A stretch of DNA of 57,877 bases, taken from Gammaproteobacteria bacterium. GTDB lineage: Bacteria; Pseudomonadota; Gammaproteobacteria; UBA4575. Location of the stretch: NCBI GenBank assembly GCA_029253965.1, contig JAQWYM010000034.1, positions 1 through 57,877 on the forward strand, read 5' to 3'. Shown one piece after another: positions 20,416 to 29,481 of the stretch (the stretch's first letter is position 1; every line of letters starts with the position of its first letter). The notes beneath the pieces are model-generated. The model saw only the letters and a list, made by a program, of their open reading frames with translations. It made no database searches and was not told where the DNA came from. Position numbers and translations under genes: made by a program.

Positions 20416-20435
20416 CAAAACACAAAGGCAGTAAA

Positions 20436-20615
20436 ATGAATTGTAACGTTGGCGATACTGAACGTATGGCACGAATTTTAGTGGGCATGTTTATTGTCGG
20501 CGTAGGTATTGCACAACCCACTTGGTGGGGTGCATTAGGTGTAATACCCGTTATGACAGGACTTTTCGCTTGGTGCCCAGCCTATCTACCCTTTGGCATA
20601 TCAACTAGAAAGTAA
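20436..20615 (+). CDS. DUF2892 (YgaP C-terminal-like) small membrane protein
   Basis: 59-aa ORF below the track cutoff: MNCNVGDTERMARILVGMFIVGVGIAQPTWWGALGVIPVMTGLFAWCPAYLPFGISTRK. The N.G..ER..R...G and G...WCP pattern is characteristic of the family. Confidence 0.6.
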   Translation: MNCNVGDTERMARILVGMFIVGVGIAQPTWWGALGVIPVMTGLFAWCPAYLPFGISTRK

Positions 20616-20731
20616 TTAAAAGCGACACACACTGATTAGCAATATATCCAAAACTTTTACACTTGGATGATGACCGGCAAACAATCCGGCTTCTAAAATA
20701 ATTTAATAATTTACATTTGGAGATTTAAGAC

Positions 20732-21046
20732 ATGTTCGGATTTGGCAAAAAGAAAGATTACACAGCTACAATATTAAACACCGGTGAAAGCTTTGAAGTT
20801 AAAGGCGGTATTAACCTTCTGCAAGCAGCAATGAATGCAGGTGTAAAATGGCCACATGAATGCCGTGTAGGAAGCTGTGGCAGCTGTCGTGCAACGGTAA
20901 AAAAAGGAAAGATTAAGGCTTTAAATGACTTTGCCTATGTCCTTGATGGAGCGCAGTTAAAATCAGGCATGGTTCTCGCCTGTCAAACACGTCTTCAGAG
21001 TGATGTTGAAATTGAAGTTGATTTTGAGCAAGGTGCTATTAACTAG
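20732..21046 (+). CDS. plant-type [2Fe-2S] ferredoxin
   Basis: 104 aa with the cysteine ligand pattern CRVGSCGSC...C(Q). Confidence 0.85.
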   Translation: MFGFGKKKDYTATILNTGESFEVKGGINLLQAAMNAGVKWPHECRVGSCGSCRATVKKGKIKALNDFAYVLDGAQLKSGMVLACQTRLQSDVEIEVDFEQGAIN

Positions 21047-21070
21047 ACCTTTCAAAGTTAAAAGCCAGTC

Positions 21071-21102
21071 AAAAAAAGACCCGCTTAAGCGGGTCTTTTT
21101 TT
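21071..21102. terminator. bidirectional rho-independent terminator
   Basis: Perfectly symmetric: A7-GACCCGC-TTAA-GCGGGTC-T7. It lies between the convergent ferredoxin and MerR genes. Confidence 0.85.
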
Positions 21103-21125
21103 GACTATGAAAAAGTATTTTAAAA

Positions 21126-22127
21126 CTAAATACTAATGTTCTCATGCTTCAATAAATGCGCTAAAGCATCTTCAAGAATCGCACGTGATTGAGCTGTTGT
21201 TGCATGTAAGAAAGCATGCATTCTAGCGTCATCATCATCTTTATTCTGACATTCAGCACTGTAGATTTCGAAGGCAACTAAGTTTTTAATTAGATCCGAT
21301 ATATGTTGTGGGCATTCACATTGAATTGATGTTGGGAAACGTGAAAGGCTCTCTAATTGCTTAGAACTATAGCGTCTCATCGGTATCGACTCTTCCATGT
21401 AAACGGTGCCAACTGCAGTGGTTGTAACAAATTTGGAATCACCACCGACACGGTCAACACAGAGACGAGCTAGTTCATAGACGTCTATTGAAGAACGAAT
21501 AGCACTTACTTGTGGACTCTGTAATTTATTAATTTCTGACTGAGATCCAAAGCCATATAATGCGACGACATGCCATGCGCCTGTGCGCTTGAGAATCTGT
21601 GATATATATTCACGCGTGTCTTCATTGATTGTTGGCCGCTCAATAATAACAACATGTACGGGGTGATCATCTTTAGTTTCTGACCACTCATCCAAGCCGA
21701 TGGGTTGGTCAACAACCTCAATGCCTTCAAAATCTGACATTCCGTCTAAAACACGCAGTGGAAACTCTTCACCAAGAAGTAAAACCCTACATTTTTGTGT
21801 GCGACTGAATTCACGTGGTTGGGCATTATCAATATCCTCCCATTTCATACTATTAGCCGCTTGATTAGAATTTTCCCATTTCACCTTAAGTTCTGATAGC
21901 GATAGATGCGCTATGGTACCAATAGAGTTACCGACATCGACTAGATTTTTCAGCATGAACAGCTTAGATAAATTATCAGCATCATAGACACGATCTCCAG
22001 ACTCAGAGCGTTTTGGAACAACGGCTTTATATCGTCGTTCCCACGCACGTAATGTTTCCGTACCAATACCGGTAATTTTGGAAACTGCACCAATTTTGTA
22101 TTCGTCGTTAGCAATTTGAGTCTGCAT
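21126..22127 (-). CDS. MerR-family transcriptional regulator with a ~230-aa C-terminal domain of unknown function
   Basis: N-terminal MerR HTH (YKIGAVSKITGIGTETLRAWERRY). The rest is unassigned. Confidence 0.75.
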   Translation of the reverse strand: MQTQIANDEYKIGAVSKITGIGTETLRAWERRYKAVVPKRSESGDRVYDADNLSKLFMLKNLVDVGNSIGTIAHLSLSELKVKWENSNQAANSMKWEDIDNAQPREFSRTQKCRVLLLGEEFPLRVLDGMSDFEGIEVVDQPIGLDEWSETKDDHPVHVVIIERPTINEDTREYISQILKRTGAWHVVALYGFGSQSEINKLQSPQVSAIRSSIDVYELARLCVDRVGGDSKFVTTTAVGTVYMEESIPMRRYSSKQLESLSRFPTSIQCECPQHISDLIKNLVAFEIYSAECQNKDDDDARMHAFLHATTAQSRAILEDALAHLLKHENISI

Positions 22128-22720
22128 AATAATCTCTATGTGTATAAAGTAAGTTTAGATATATTACTAACAAAATAGCACTCTGTACATAATGTTTATA
22201 TCTTACCCACTATAAATACCCTATACACCCCTATAGCGTCCATGCCCAGTCCATACAACATCTTGTTCAGTAATTGGCTTTGCACAGCCGTAGATAACGG
22301 GTAATTACTCATAGCAGCCCGGTGTAATCAACAAGCCGCACTTAAGATGTACGGCATTAAAATAATTCACGATGACAACAAAATGTGCGCAGCCTAGTGT
22401 AATTTAAACAGCAAAAACTCAGTCGAATAGAATTAAAATCTTAAATCCAAGCTGATTAAGTCACCTTATTGGTGTCGCTGCCTTATCATTAATCAACGAA
22501 AGTCGGCTATATGTGGGCCTGATAGTACTGAATCAGTCTTAACACCACTGCTAGGTGCCTGATTTAAATAATCTAGAGAGGAGCTAGAGAATGCTTAAGC
22601 AAGAAACCTGCTTATTAAGTGATTTACAAAATAGAGAAGAAGGCTATTTAATGCCATACCACTCATCTAAGACAAAGGCATCCCTACTCAAAACACGTTT
22701 TTGAAAATCACACAGAGAGT

Positions 22721-22996
22721 TCAATCTAAAGGCTTAGGATAATTAGAGAGTAATAATGGGGCGATATCTCCCTCCTCCGCTAACATCTGCAGTTCATTCT
22801 CAAGAATATACAGGGCCCAGCCAGGACAGGGACGGGCACTCACTAAGCTAGGTGAAGCACTCCATGACTGCACTGTTCGTGTAGAAAGATGATCTCCCGT
22901 TACCGTTGCAATTAAGGTAGCCACTTTATTAGAGGGCTTACCATATAAAATCATCAATTTTTTAAGTCTAATCTTATTGTAATCAATCAACTCCAT
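22721..22996 (-). CDS. small putative HTH DNA-binding protein
   Basis: 91-aa ORF. The stretch KVATLIATVTGDHLSTRTVQSW looks like an XRE/Cro-type helix-turn-helix. No firm family assignment. Confidence 0.35.
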   Translation of the reverse strand: MELIDYNKIRLKKLMILYGKPSNKVATLIATVTGDHLSTRTVQSWSASPSLVSARPCPGWALYILENELQMLAEEGDIAPLLLSNYPKPLD

Positions 22997-23170
22997 AATA
23001 AATTAACCTCTTAGCCGGTCAATCCGATCCTTACCGAACCCCTTCTTTAATGCATCCTCAATATTTTGATGGGATTGAGATTCAATTGGCCGATATAATT
23101 TAGATGATACAGTAGACTCTAATTAATTGTATTATTATACTATAACGTTAATTAATCAACGCACAAAGTG

Positions 23171-24082
23171 CTATCGAACCGCCCCTGCCCGCCAAAGTCG
23201 CCATAGTATTGGCCAGCAATAAATGAGAGGATGCTTGCGATGTCGGTCATTTATTTCAACGCGGACGCCACTGTGTCGCTCTATTTTCCAAGCCAAGTAA
23301 TCAACGCCATTTTCGAAGGTGGTTGCTGCTTTAAGTAAGCGAGCTATAGACAGTAACTTGCCCCAAACTGAGCGTATAACCCAATTCAATGCGGTCCACC
23401 CTGATGCCTTAGAAGAGTGACTAAAGCCTGCACTTAACAAGTGATTGAAGGCGTCGTCATAATGCCTTTTATTCGCATCATAAATGAGGCTTGCACGCGC
23501 CTTGCTCTCAGCACGCAGTTCAGCAGCATAGGTCTTTTGTAAAGCCTCTACCCAGAACTCTTGCGCTGTTGGCAGACCATCGAATAAGCCAATAGCCTGG
23601 GTGTATATCGTCGTGATTGAGTTAAGTTGGGCTTGAACAACCTGACGCCGCGCCTGCTCATCAAACGCATAAATTAATGCAAACGGTTGCGCAAAACGCG
23701 CCCAGAAATAAGAGTGATAAGCACGCACTGAGGTTTGTCGCAGTAGATCTTTTTCTGATAGCACTGCATACTTGGCCTGTACTTTTAGACCGTTTATTTC
23801 TACTGTTTGAAAGTAGACATTTGGCGCTAAAAAAGCATTAAGCAAGGCATGCGTTTTCGAGTCATACGCTTCCTTATAGTCATCGACAACCGCATAGAAA
23901 TCCAACATCGCAGCGTTATATTGTCGGCTACGCAGGCATGAGCCATAAAACATAACTGTACGCAATGATGAACCAAACTTGGCTTTTAGTGCGTTAGTAA
24001 ATGCCATCAAGGTTTCATCACTCACCGTAATGAGCTGCTTATCAAGATGTTGAAACAATGCTGTTGTATTAACGTTATTCAT
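23171..24082 (-). CDS. Tam41/Mmp37-like nucleotidyltransferase (candidate lipid-phosphate cytidylyltransferase)
   Basis: 303 aa. The pattern FYGS...AMLDFYAVVDD...NVYFQ...AKYAVLSEKDL parallels the N-terminal NTase domain of mitochondrial CDP-DAG synthase Tam41/TAMM41 as I recall it. ATGA overlap with the upstream kinase gene. Confidence 0.45.
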   Translation of the reverse strand: MNNVNTTALFQHLDKQLITVSDETLMAFTNALKAKFGSSLRTVMFYGSCLRSRQYNAAMLDFYAVVDDYKEAYDSKTHALLNAFLAPNVYFQTVEINGLKVQAKYAVLSEKDLLRQTSVRAYHSYFWARFAQPFALIYAFDEQARRQVVQAQLNSITTIYTQAIGLFDGLPTAQEFWVEALQKTYAAELRAESKARASLIYDANKRHYDDAFNHLLSAGFSHSSKASGWTALNWVIRSVWGKLLSIARLLKAATTFENGVDYLAWKIERHSGVRVEINDRHRKHPLIYCWPILWRLWRAGAVR

Positions 24083-25047
24083 CGCGTCAGGAAATATGCC
24101 GTTGTATTAGCATCAAGCCAAACTTCACTTGTTTTATCTTCGCCACCAAACAACTCACCATCAAGAGTAAAGCCACCTGCAATCATCAATCTAACTGTAG
24201 CTAGCTTGAGACTGATATAACCCTGATCATTAACACGCGGAGCACGGCCCCATAATATGCGCAGGCTGGCTAGTACTGATTTTTTTGAATTCACTTTGAT
24301 CAAGGTTAGTGCTAATTCATTTTCAGACTGCGCCTTACCCCAGAACGGATAAATCCCACCAATAAGGCGCTCTAAAGTAGAGGCAAGAATCACTGAAAAC
24401 TCATCCTTGGCGATTAGCTGCTGACCATGATGTACTTCTGCCATCGCAGATTGGATCAGTTTGCCACGGGTTACCCAATCTAAAAGATAGCGAAGCACGG
24501 CTAATGTTGGCCCCAACTCACCGGCAATACCGCGTGAATGAATATTCTGTCGACAATATAAAATACCTGAGTAGACAGCTCCGGCACCAAAAAACATGCC
24601 ACAGACTTCTCTGTTCTCCGCGGGAATACGCATCCGCAAGATAGGTCTTGAGCATTCCTTAACTTTATTTTTCTCACCTGAGACATAGGCCAAAAGGTCG
24701 TTAAATAGCTCGTTCAAACCGGCATTGAAGCCGATATCACCAAAGGTCATATTGGTTGTACCAGCTCGTACCACAGCAAGTTTTGGCGCATAACCTTGTG
24801 CGGCGGATCGTGACAAAAAGCTCAGCACCTTATGTAAGGTGCCATCACCCCCATTAATAATGATGACTGGAACCGCTGCAGACTGACAGGCCTCTAAGAC
24901 ACCATCCATATCACTTTCTGCACGCGTCACCTCATGCTGAACCTGTGGATAAGCTGCAACGACATCACAAAAACGTTGGAACTGACCACGCTTATTCAAG
25001 CCACTATTAGGATTGCTAATGGCTGTGATTAAAATAGCAGAGTCCAT
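24079..25047 (-). CDS. diacylglycerol-kinase-family lipid kinase (candidate ceramide kinase)
   Basis: 322 aa with the DAGK catalytic-domain motif IIINGGDGTLHKV. Confidence 0.75.
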   Translation of the reverse strand: MDSAILITAISNPNSGLNKRGQFQRFCDVVAAYPQVQHEVTRAESDMDGVLEACQSAAVPVIIINGGDGTLHKVLSFLSRSAAQGYAPKLAVVRAGTTNMTFGDIGFNAGLNELFNDLLAYVSGEKNKVKECSRPILRMRIPAENREVCGMFFGAGAVYSGILYCRQNIHSRGIAGELGPTLAVLRYLLDWVTRGKLIQSAMAEVHHGQQLIAKDEFSVILASTLERLIGGIYPFWGKAQSENELALTLIKVNSKKSVLASLRILWGRAPRVNDQGYISLKLATVRLMIAGGFTLDGELFGGEDKTSEVWLDANTTAYFLTR

Positions 25048-25053
25048 ATTAGT

Positions 25054-26370
25054 TTATCTTCTGTTTGAGCGTTTAATCAGCGAGGCAATAGTAGTGTCTG
25101 CTTGGCGCCCAGTAAACCATTGAATCACCCGTGAAGACTTTGCTTGTTCTGCATCGACGTCTTCAATCCATGGACGTAAACGACCGATAAATAAACGATA
25201 GAAAGAGGCATGTATAAAGCGTAGCGCGAGCAAAATAGTTGATAAGGCACTCCACAGTACAACCCATATAAAGCCAGCTTCAGCGTTCATCAAATAGAGC
25301 GCGATGCTCAGCAAGACTATGCAAGGATTACGTCTTGCTGTGAATAAGCGATGATACGCATCGATTGGCTTCCAGCAGAAGATCTCAATATTATCAAATG
25401 AGATCTGGAATAAGCCCTCAAATAATCGTCCACCAACATAGGCCAGTAACATCACTATAAAAAGGTGATCGAGCATCATAACCCGCCCAAAAATATCGAG
25501 CTCATTCAGCCCTAAACCCATCGCCCAACACCAGTACCATATGGGTGGATGTATAATATCTAAACCATGATCCATCCAATGCCCAAGCTTACTTGACTGC
25601 AAGCTCACGCGTGCCAACTTACCATCTACGGTATCTAAGAAAGTCATCAGCCATGCCGCTAATAGACCAAGTGCAAACTGCCCTTGGTAAAAGAGTACAC
25701 CGGCAATAACAGTCAGTATCCAGCCAAAAGATGTCACCTTGTTGGGACTGATATTCATCTCCACACAACGTCTTACCACCCATCTCGCAGGAGCTGGCCA
25801 TAACCATTTAGTGACAAAATCAGTAATGCCTTTATAAGATTTATCATAGAGGTAGTTTTCTATCTGCACTTGATCCTCTGCCACCACCTTAACCACATGC
25901 GATAGATTGAATTTGCGCAATTTAGGGTCATAGCCCCCGGTTAATGCTTCTGGCGAAAATAGTGAGACCGCCTCCCCCGCATCCTGAGCAATTTCTTGCG
26001 CTGAGTCTTCCTTCTCAATTCGAGCTAATAAGGCTGGTGCTGCGGCTGCTGAAGTCCAGGCGGCAACCACCTTGTCATCACTTGAATCAGTCAGCAGAGT
26101 GCTGCTGCTAGTATGTGTTTGTGAGATAATTTTAGACAGCAAGTAAGCGTCATATAGATAGTCTAGACGTAATATTAAAACGGCATCATCCGGCTGCAAC
26201 AATCTAAGATCATCTAGCTGCTCGAAAGCGCCTAATTTCCGCAGATTTTTTGCGATTCGCTGTTCTGGACTGACTCCCCAAAGAGGCACGTCACATTGTT
26301 TAACAAGATGGTAGTACATATCTGCTTTATTTTTGTTATGGTCAAGACAATCAAGAGACTGAATCGACAC
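25054..26370 (-). CDS. CDP-alcohol phosphatidyltransferase with a ~190-aa N-terminal soluble extension
   Basis: Exact D-x2-DG-x2-AR-x8-G-x3-D-x3-D signature (DTVDGKLARVSLQSSKLGHWMDHGLD) in a polytopic C-terminal half. The track start is a GTG. An ATG 17 codons downstream is an alternative start. Confidence 0.8.
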   Translation of the reverse strand: MSIQSLDCLDHNKNKADMYYHLVKQCDVPLWGVSPEQRIAKNLRKLGAFEQLDDLRLLQPDDAVLILRLDYLYDAYLLSKIISQTHTSSSTLLTDSSDDKVVAAWTSAAAAPALLARIEKEDSAQEIAQDAGEAVSLFSPEALTGGYDPKLRKFNLSHVVKVVAEDQVQIENYLYDKSYKGITDFVTKWLWPAPARWVVRRCVEMNISPNKVTSFGWILTVIAGVLFYQGQFALGLLAAWLMTFLDTVDGKLARVSLQSSKLGHWMDHGLDIIHPPIWYWCWAMGLGLNELDIFGRVMMLDHLFIVMLLAYVGGRLFEGLFQISFDNIEIFCWKPIDAYHRLFTARRNPCIVLLSIALYLMNAEAGFIWVVLWSALSTILLALRFIHASFYRLFIGRLRPWIEDVDAEQAKSSRVIQWFTGRQADTTIASLIKRSNRR

Positions 26371-26374
26371 TGAG

Positions 26375-27358
26375 ATGACTAATAATTCGAATCACGATAC
26401 CACTAAAAAAGGAGCGCATGCTAATGAGTCTTTCCGATTCGCGCAACTTTCAGACCCTCATCTTTCACACCTTAAAAATGCGTCAGCCTTAGAGCTCTTC
26501 AATAAGCGCATTCTGGGCTATTTATCATGGCTAAAAAGGCGTCGTAACTCGCATAAACGTGAAATTGCTGAAATTGCCATAGCGCAGTTAAAGCAGCAAC
26601 AAATTGACCATTATGTGGTCACTGGGGATCTTACCCATATCGGCCTAGAAGATGAATTCAAACAAGTTGCTAGCTGGTTAGAACAGATTTCTAGCGCTGA
26701 CAATGTCACTGTCATTCCAGGTAATCATGATCTCTATGTGAATACACGCTGGGAGCACTCTTTTCATCATTGGCAGCCATACATGCTCGGTGATGACATG
26801 ACTGAACCCGGTGAGGCCTTAGAACAAGATGCCTTAAATACATTGAATAATGTCTACCCACATGTCCGTATCCGTGGGCCTGTCGCCTTCATCAGCCTTT
26901 CCAGTGTCTTTGCTGCCCCTTGGTTTAGAGCAACAGGAAAGATCAGCTCCGCACAAATCAGTAAGCTCAAGATACTATTAAAAGACCCAAAGCTGGCTAG
27001 CTTATGCAAGGTGCTGTTGATTCATCATCCAGTCAGTAAGCATCATGTCAAAGCGCGCAAAGAATTAATTAACCAAGAAGAACTCATAGATGCCTTAATC
27101 GATACACCGGTTGAGTTAATCTTGCATGGCCATGCACATAGTCGTTTTCATGACCGCCTACAGATAGATGAAGAACGAAGTATTCCAGTTGTTGGAGCCG
27201 CCTCATGTAGTAGCGTCAGTCAGGCACAACCTTATCGTGCCCAATACCTAGTGTTTGAAGTGCGCCAGAGCGATAAACAATGGCATCTGTCTTACCAAGA
27301 CTTTGCCTATGATGCCAAGCAAGGTTTATTTGTTAACAGTAAGCGAACAGCACTCTAA
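26375..27358 (+). CDS. calcineurin-like metallophosphoesterase
   Basis: The motif series DPH, GDLTH, GNHD, HHP and GHAH appears in the canonical order. Confidence 0.8.
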   Translation: MTNNSNHDTTKKGAHANESFRFAQLSDPHLSHLKNASALELFNKRILGYLSWLKRRRNSHKREIAEIAIAQLKQQQIDHYVVTGDLTHIGLEDEFKQVASWLEQISSADNVTVIPGNHDLYVNTRWEHSFHHWQPYMLGDDMTEPGEALEQDALNTLNNVYPHVRIRGPVAFISLSSVFAAPWFRATGKISSAQISKLKILLKDPKLASLCKVLLIHHPVSKHHVKARKELINQEELIDALIDTPVELILHGHAHSRFHDRLQIDEERSIPVVGAASCSSVSQAQPYRAQYLVFEVRQSDKQWHLSYQDFAYDAKQGLFVNSKRTAL

Positions 27359-28431
27359 GTCCTAAGCTTGCGTAGGTATGTGAGTAATAGTAAAGCTAGA
27401 ATGGCAATCATACTAGGTGAGCCAGCCACAAAGACCGGCTGCCAAGCGAGTGCAAAGCCAAGATGGTTGATGATTTGGCTTAGGACATAAAAGCTCATCC
27501 CTGTGAGAACACCCAACGTAATCCTCTGCCCTGTACTGATCTGTCTTTGTGACCCAAAAACAAATGACAGCCCTAAGATGATCATAATACCTGCGGCTAG
27601 CGGTGACATCAGCTTCTGCCAAAACAAGACTTCAAACGGATAAGACTTTTCGCCTCGTTGCTTCAGGCCTTTGACAAATTTATTAAGATCAGTGATCGAT
27701 AGCGCCTGTGGGCTAGAGATAATCACACCCAACTGTTGAGCCGATAGAAAAGACTGCCATGGCAGCACATCATGATGCTTTTTCTGCATCCTCTCACCGA
27801 CTAGTATCCTTTCACTGACATTGTATAAAAGCCATTGATCTTGGCTTTGAATATCGGCATAGCTGGCAATCAAGTATCGTTGCAACTGATAATCAACAGT
27901 GAACTCAAAGATTTCAATATCATAAGGTTTACGACCTTCTTTAATATTTTTAATATGGATAAACTGGCCATCTAGTTGCGCCCAATATCCCGACTGACTG
28001 ACAAAATCACCTTGGCCAAGCGTAGCTAGGGTTTTTTCTATCTGCGCGTGTTGAAGTGTTTTAGGCACCACATACTCAGCGCTGATTAACATCAGACTCA
28101 TTATCAATGCTGCTGCGATCAAGACACTGCTGGTTATATTTCTCGGTGTCCCGCCTAAGCTTTGGATGGCAATCAATTCATGCTTCCCTGCTAAGGCACC
28201 CAAGACAACAACTGCGGCAATCAAACTGATTACCGGAGCAAAATCATTCAATATCATCGGTACATGAAGTAAGACGTAACGCAGTGACATACTCAAGTTA
28301 TAGTGACCTGTACCAATATCATCTAATTCTTCAATCAAGAGAATGATCGAAAATAGCCCAACAATAATGAGCGCGGTAATAACAAAGCCAAGGAGTACAT
28401 TACGCGCTAAATAGAGTCTCAAAATCCACAT
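27355..28431 (-). CDS. LptG-like permease (LptF/LptG, YjgP/YjgQ family)
   Basis: 358 aa. Three TM helices, a periplasmic beta-jellyroll-sized insert, then three more TM helices. Aligns loosely with E. coli LptG along its length. Confidence 0.7.
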   Translation of the reverse strand: MWILRLYLARNVLLGFVITALIIVGLFSIILLIEELDDIGTGHYNLSMSLRYVLLHVPMILNDFAPVISLIAAVVVLGALAGKHELIAIQSLGGTPRNITSSVLIAAALIMSLMLISAEYVVPKTLQHAQIEKTLATLGQGDFVSQSGYWAQLDGQFIHIKNIKEGRKPYDIEIFEFTVDYQLQRYLIASYADIQSQDQWLLYNVSERILVGERMQKKHHDVLPWQSFLSAQQLGVIISSPQALSITDLNKFVKGLKQRGEKSYPFEVLFWQKLMSPLAAGIMIILGLSFVFGSQRQISTGQRITLGVLTGMSFYVLSQIINHLGFALAWQPVFVAGSPSMIAILALLLLTYLRKLRT

Positions 28432-28434
28432 AAT

Positions 28435-29481
28435 CTAAGCCTTCCTATAGCCACTAAGCGCTGTGATTACAGCCAATACCATGACACTCAGCCAAAGCCC
28501 CGGCAGCCTGGAAATTAGACTTTGTTCAATCCACGTCATGAGCACCAGACTTCCAGCATGCACTAACAAGAAAAGAGACAAGCCTAAAACTAAGATGCCA
28601 TAACGACCTCTGCGCGGTGAGGTTTTAGCTAAAAATATGGCTAATAAAGCCAGCAAAAAGGTTTTAGCCACCATCGTTAAACGCCACTGCAACTCAGCGA
28701 TATCCTTCGCATTATCACTTTTCCAGAGCTGTAGGGTTGATGTCGCTTTACGTTTATAGCCCAATGGTTCACGTTGCTTGATATCGGGATGCAAGATCAT
28801 CTCTTGGAAATTAATCACCTGATCATTGCCGTCATCAGAGAGCCTATAGGCGCTACCCTCTGTAAACTTCAGGCTGCCATTATTACCGTCGCTGGATGAT
28901 AGCTGTAGCCCTTCTCTAGCAATGATAATCTGACTGTTATCGTCAGCACCTTCATACATGAAGATATCTTCTTTTACCTCACCTGAACCTAGCTTTTTAG
29001 TGAAGTAAACGCGACCCGTGTCTTCACTTTCATAGAAATAGCCACCTTCTAGACGCTCAAAATCATAGCTCTCAGTCGCTTCATACTGAACTTCATACCG
29101 CAGCTGATTGGCCCATGGGCGCACCATCGTTGTCAGTATTGCGGTGATCATCGTCAACACAACAATCAGCGGTAAGAATGTTCTTATTAAGCCAGAAACG
29201 CCCATACCAGCGGCCTGCAATGCACTAATTTCCTGTTCGCTATAGAGCCTGCCTAAACCCATTAGCAGGGTAATAAATAAGGCCAGTGGGAGAAATAACT
29301 CAAATGAAGCGATGGTCTTAGCAAAGATCATCTGCGCTAACAACGCAGCTGGAATGAGGCTACTCATGGGGTCTGCAAGTAAGCTCAAGGCACTAAAGCT
29401 GACCATAAGCACTGATAGAATCAAGCTGATAGTAAGCAGTGGGCTTAAAATTTCTTTATTTAAATAAGCTCGGACAATCAA
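28435..29481 (-). CDS. LptF-like permease (LptF/LptG family)
   Basis: Same architecture as the LptG-like gene. Start placed at the TTG at 29481, giving MIVRAYLNKEIL (compare E. coli LptF MIIIRYLVRETL) with GAGAG upstream. The track ORF extends to 29553. Confidence 0.7.
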   Translation of the reverse strand: MIVRAYLNKEILSPLLTISLILSVLMVSFSALSLLADPMSSLIPAALLAQMIFAKTIASFELFLPLALFITLLMGLGRLYSEQEISALQAAGMGVSGLIRTFLPLIVVLTMITAILTTMVRPWANQLRYEVQYEATESYDFERLEGGYFYESEDTGRVYFTKKLGSGEVKEDIFMYEGADDNSQIIIAREGLQLSSSDGNNGSLKFTEGSAYRLSDDGNDQVINFQEMILHPDIKQREPLGYKRKATSTLQLWKSDNAKDIAELQWRLTMVAKTFLLALLAIFLAKTSPRRGRYGILVLGLSLFLLVHAGSLVLMTWIEQSLISRLPGLWLSVMVLAVITALSGYRKA

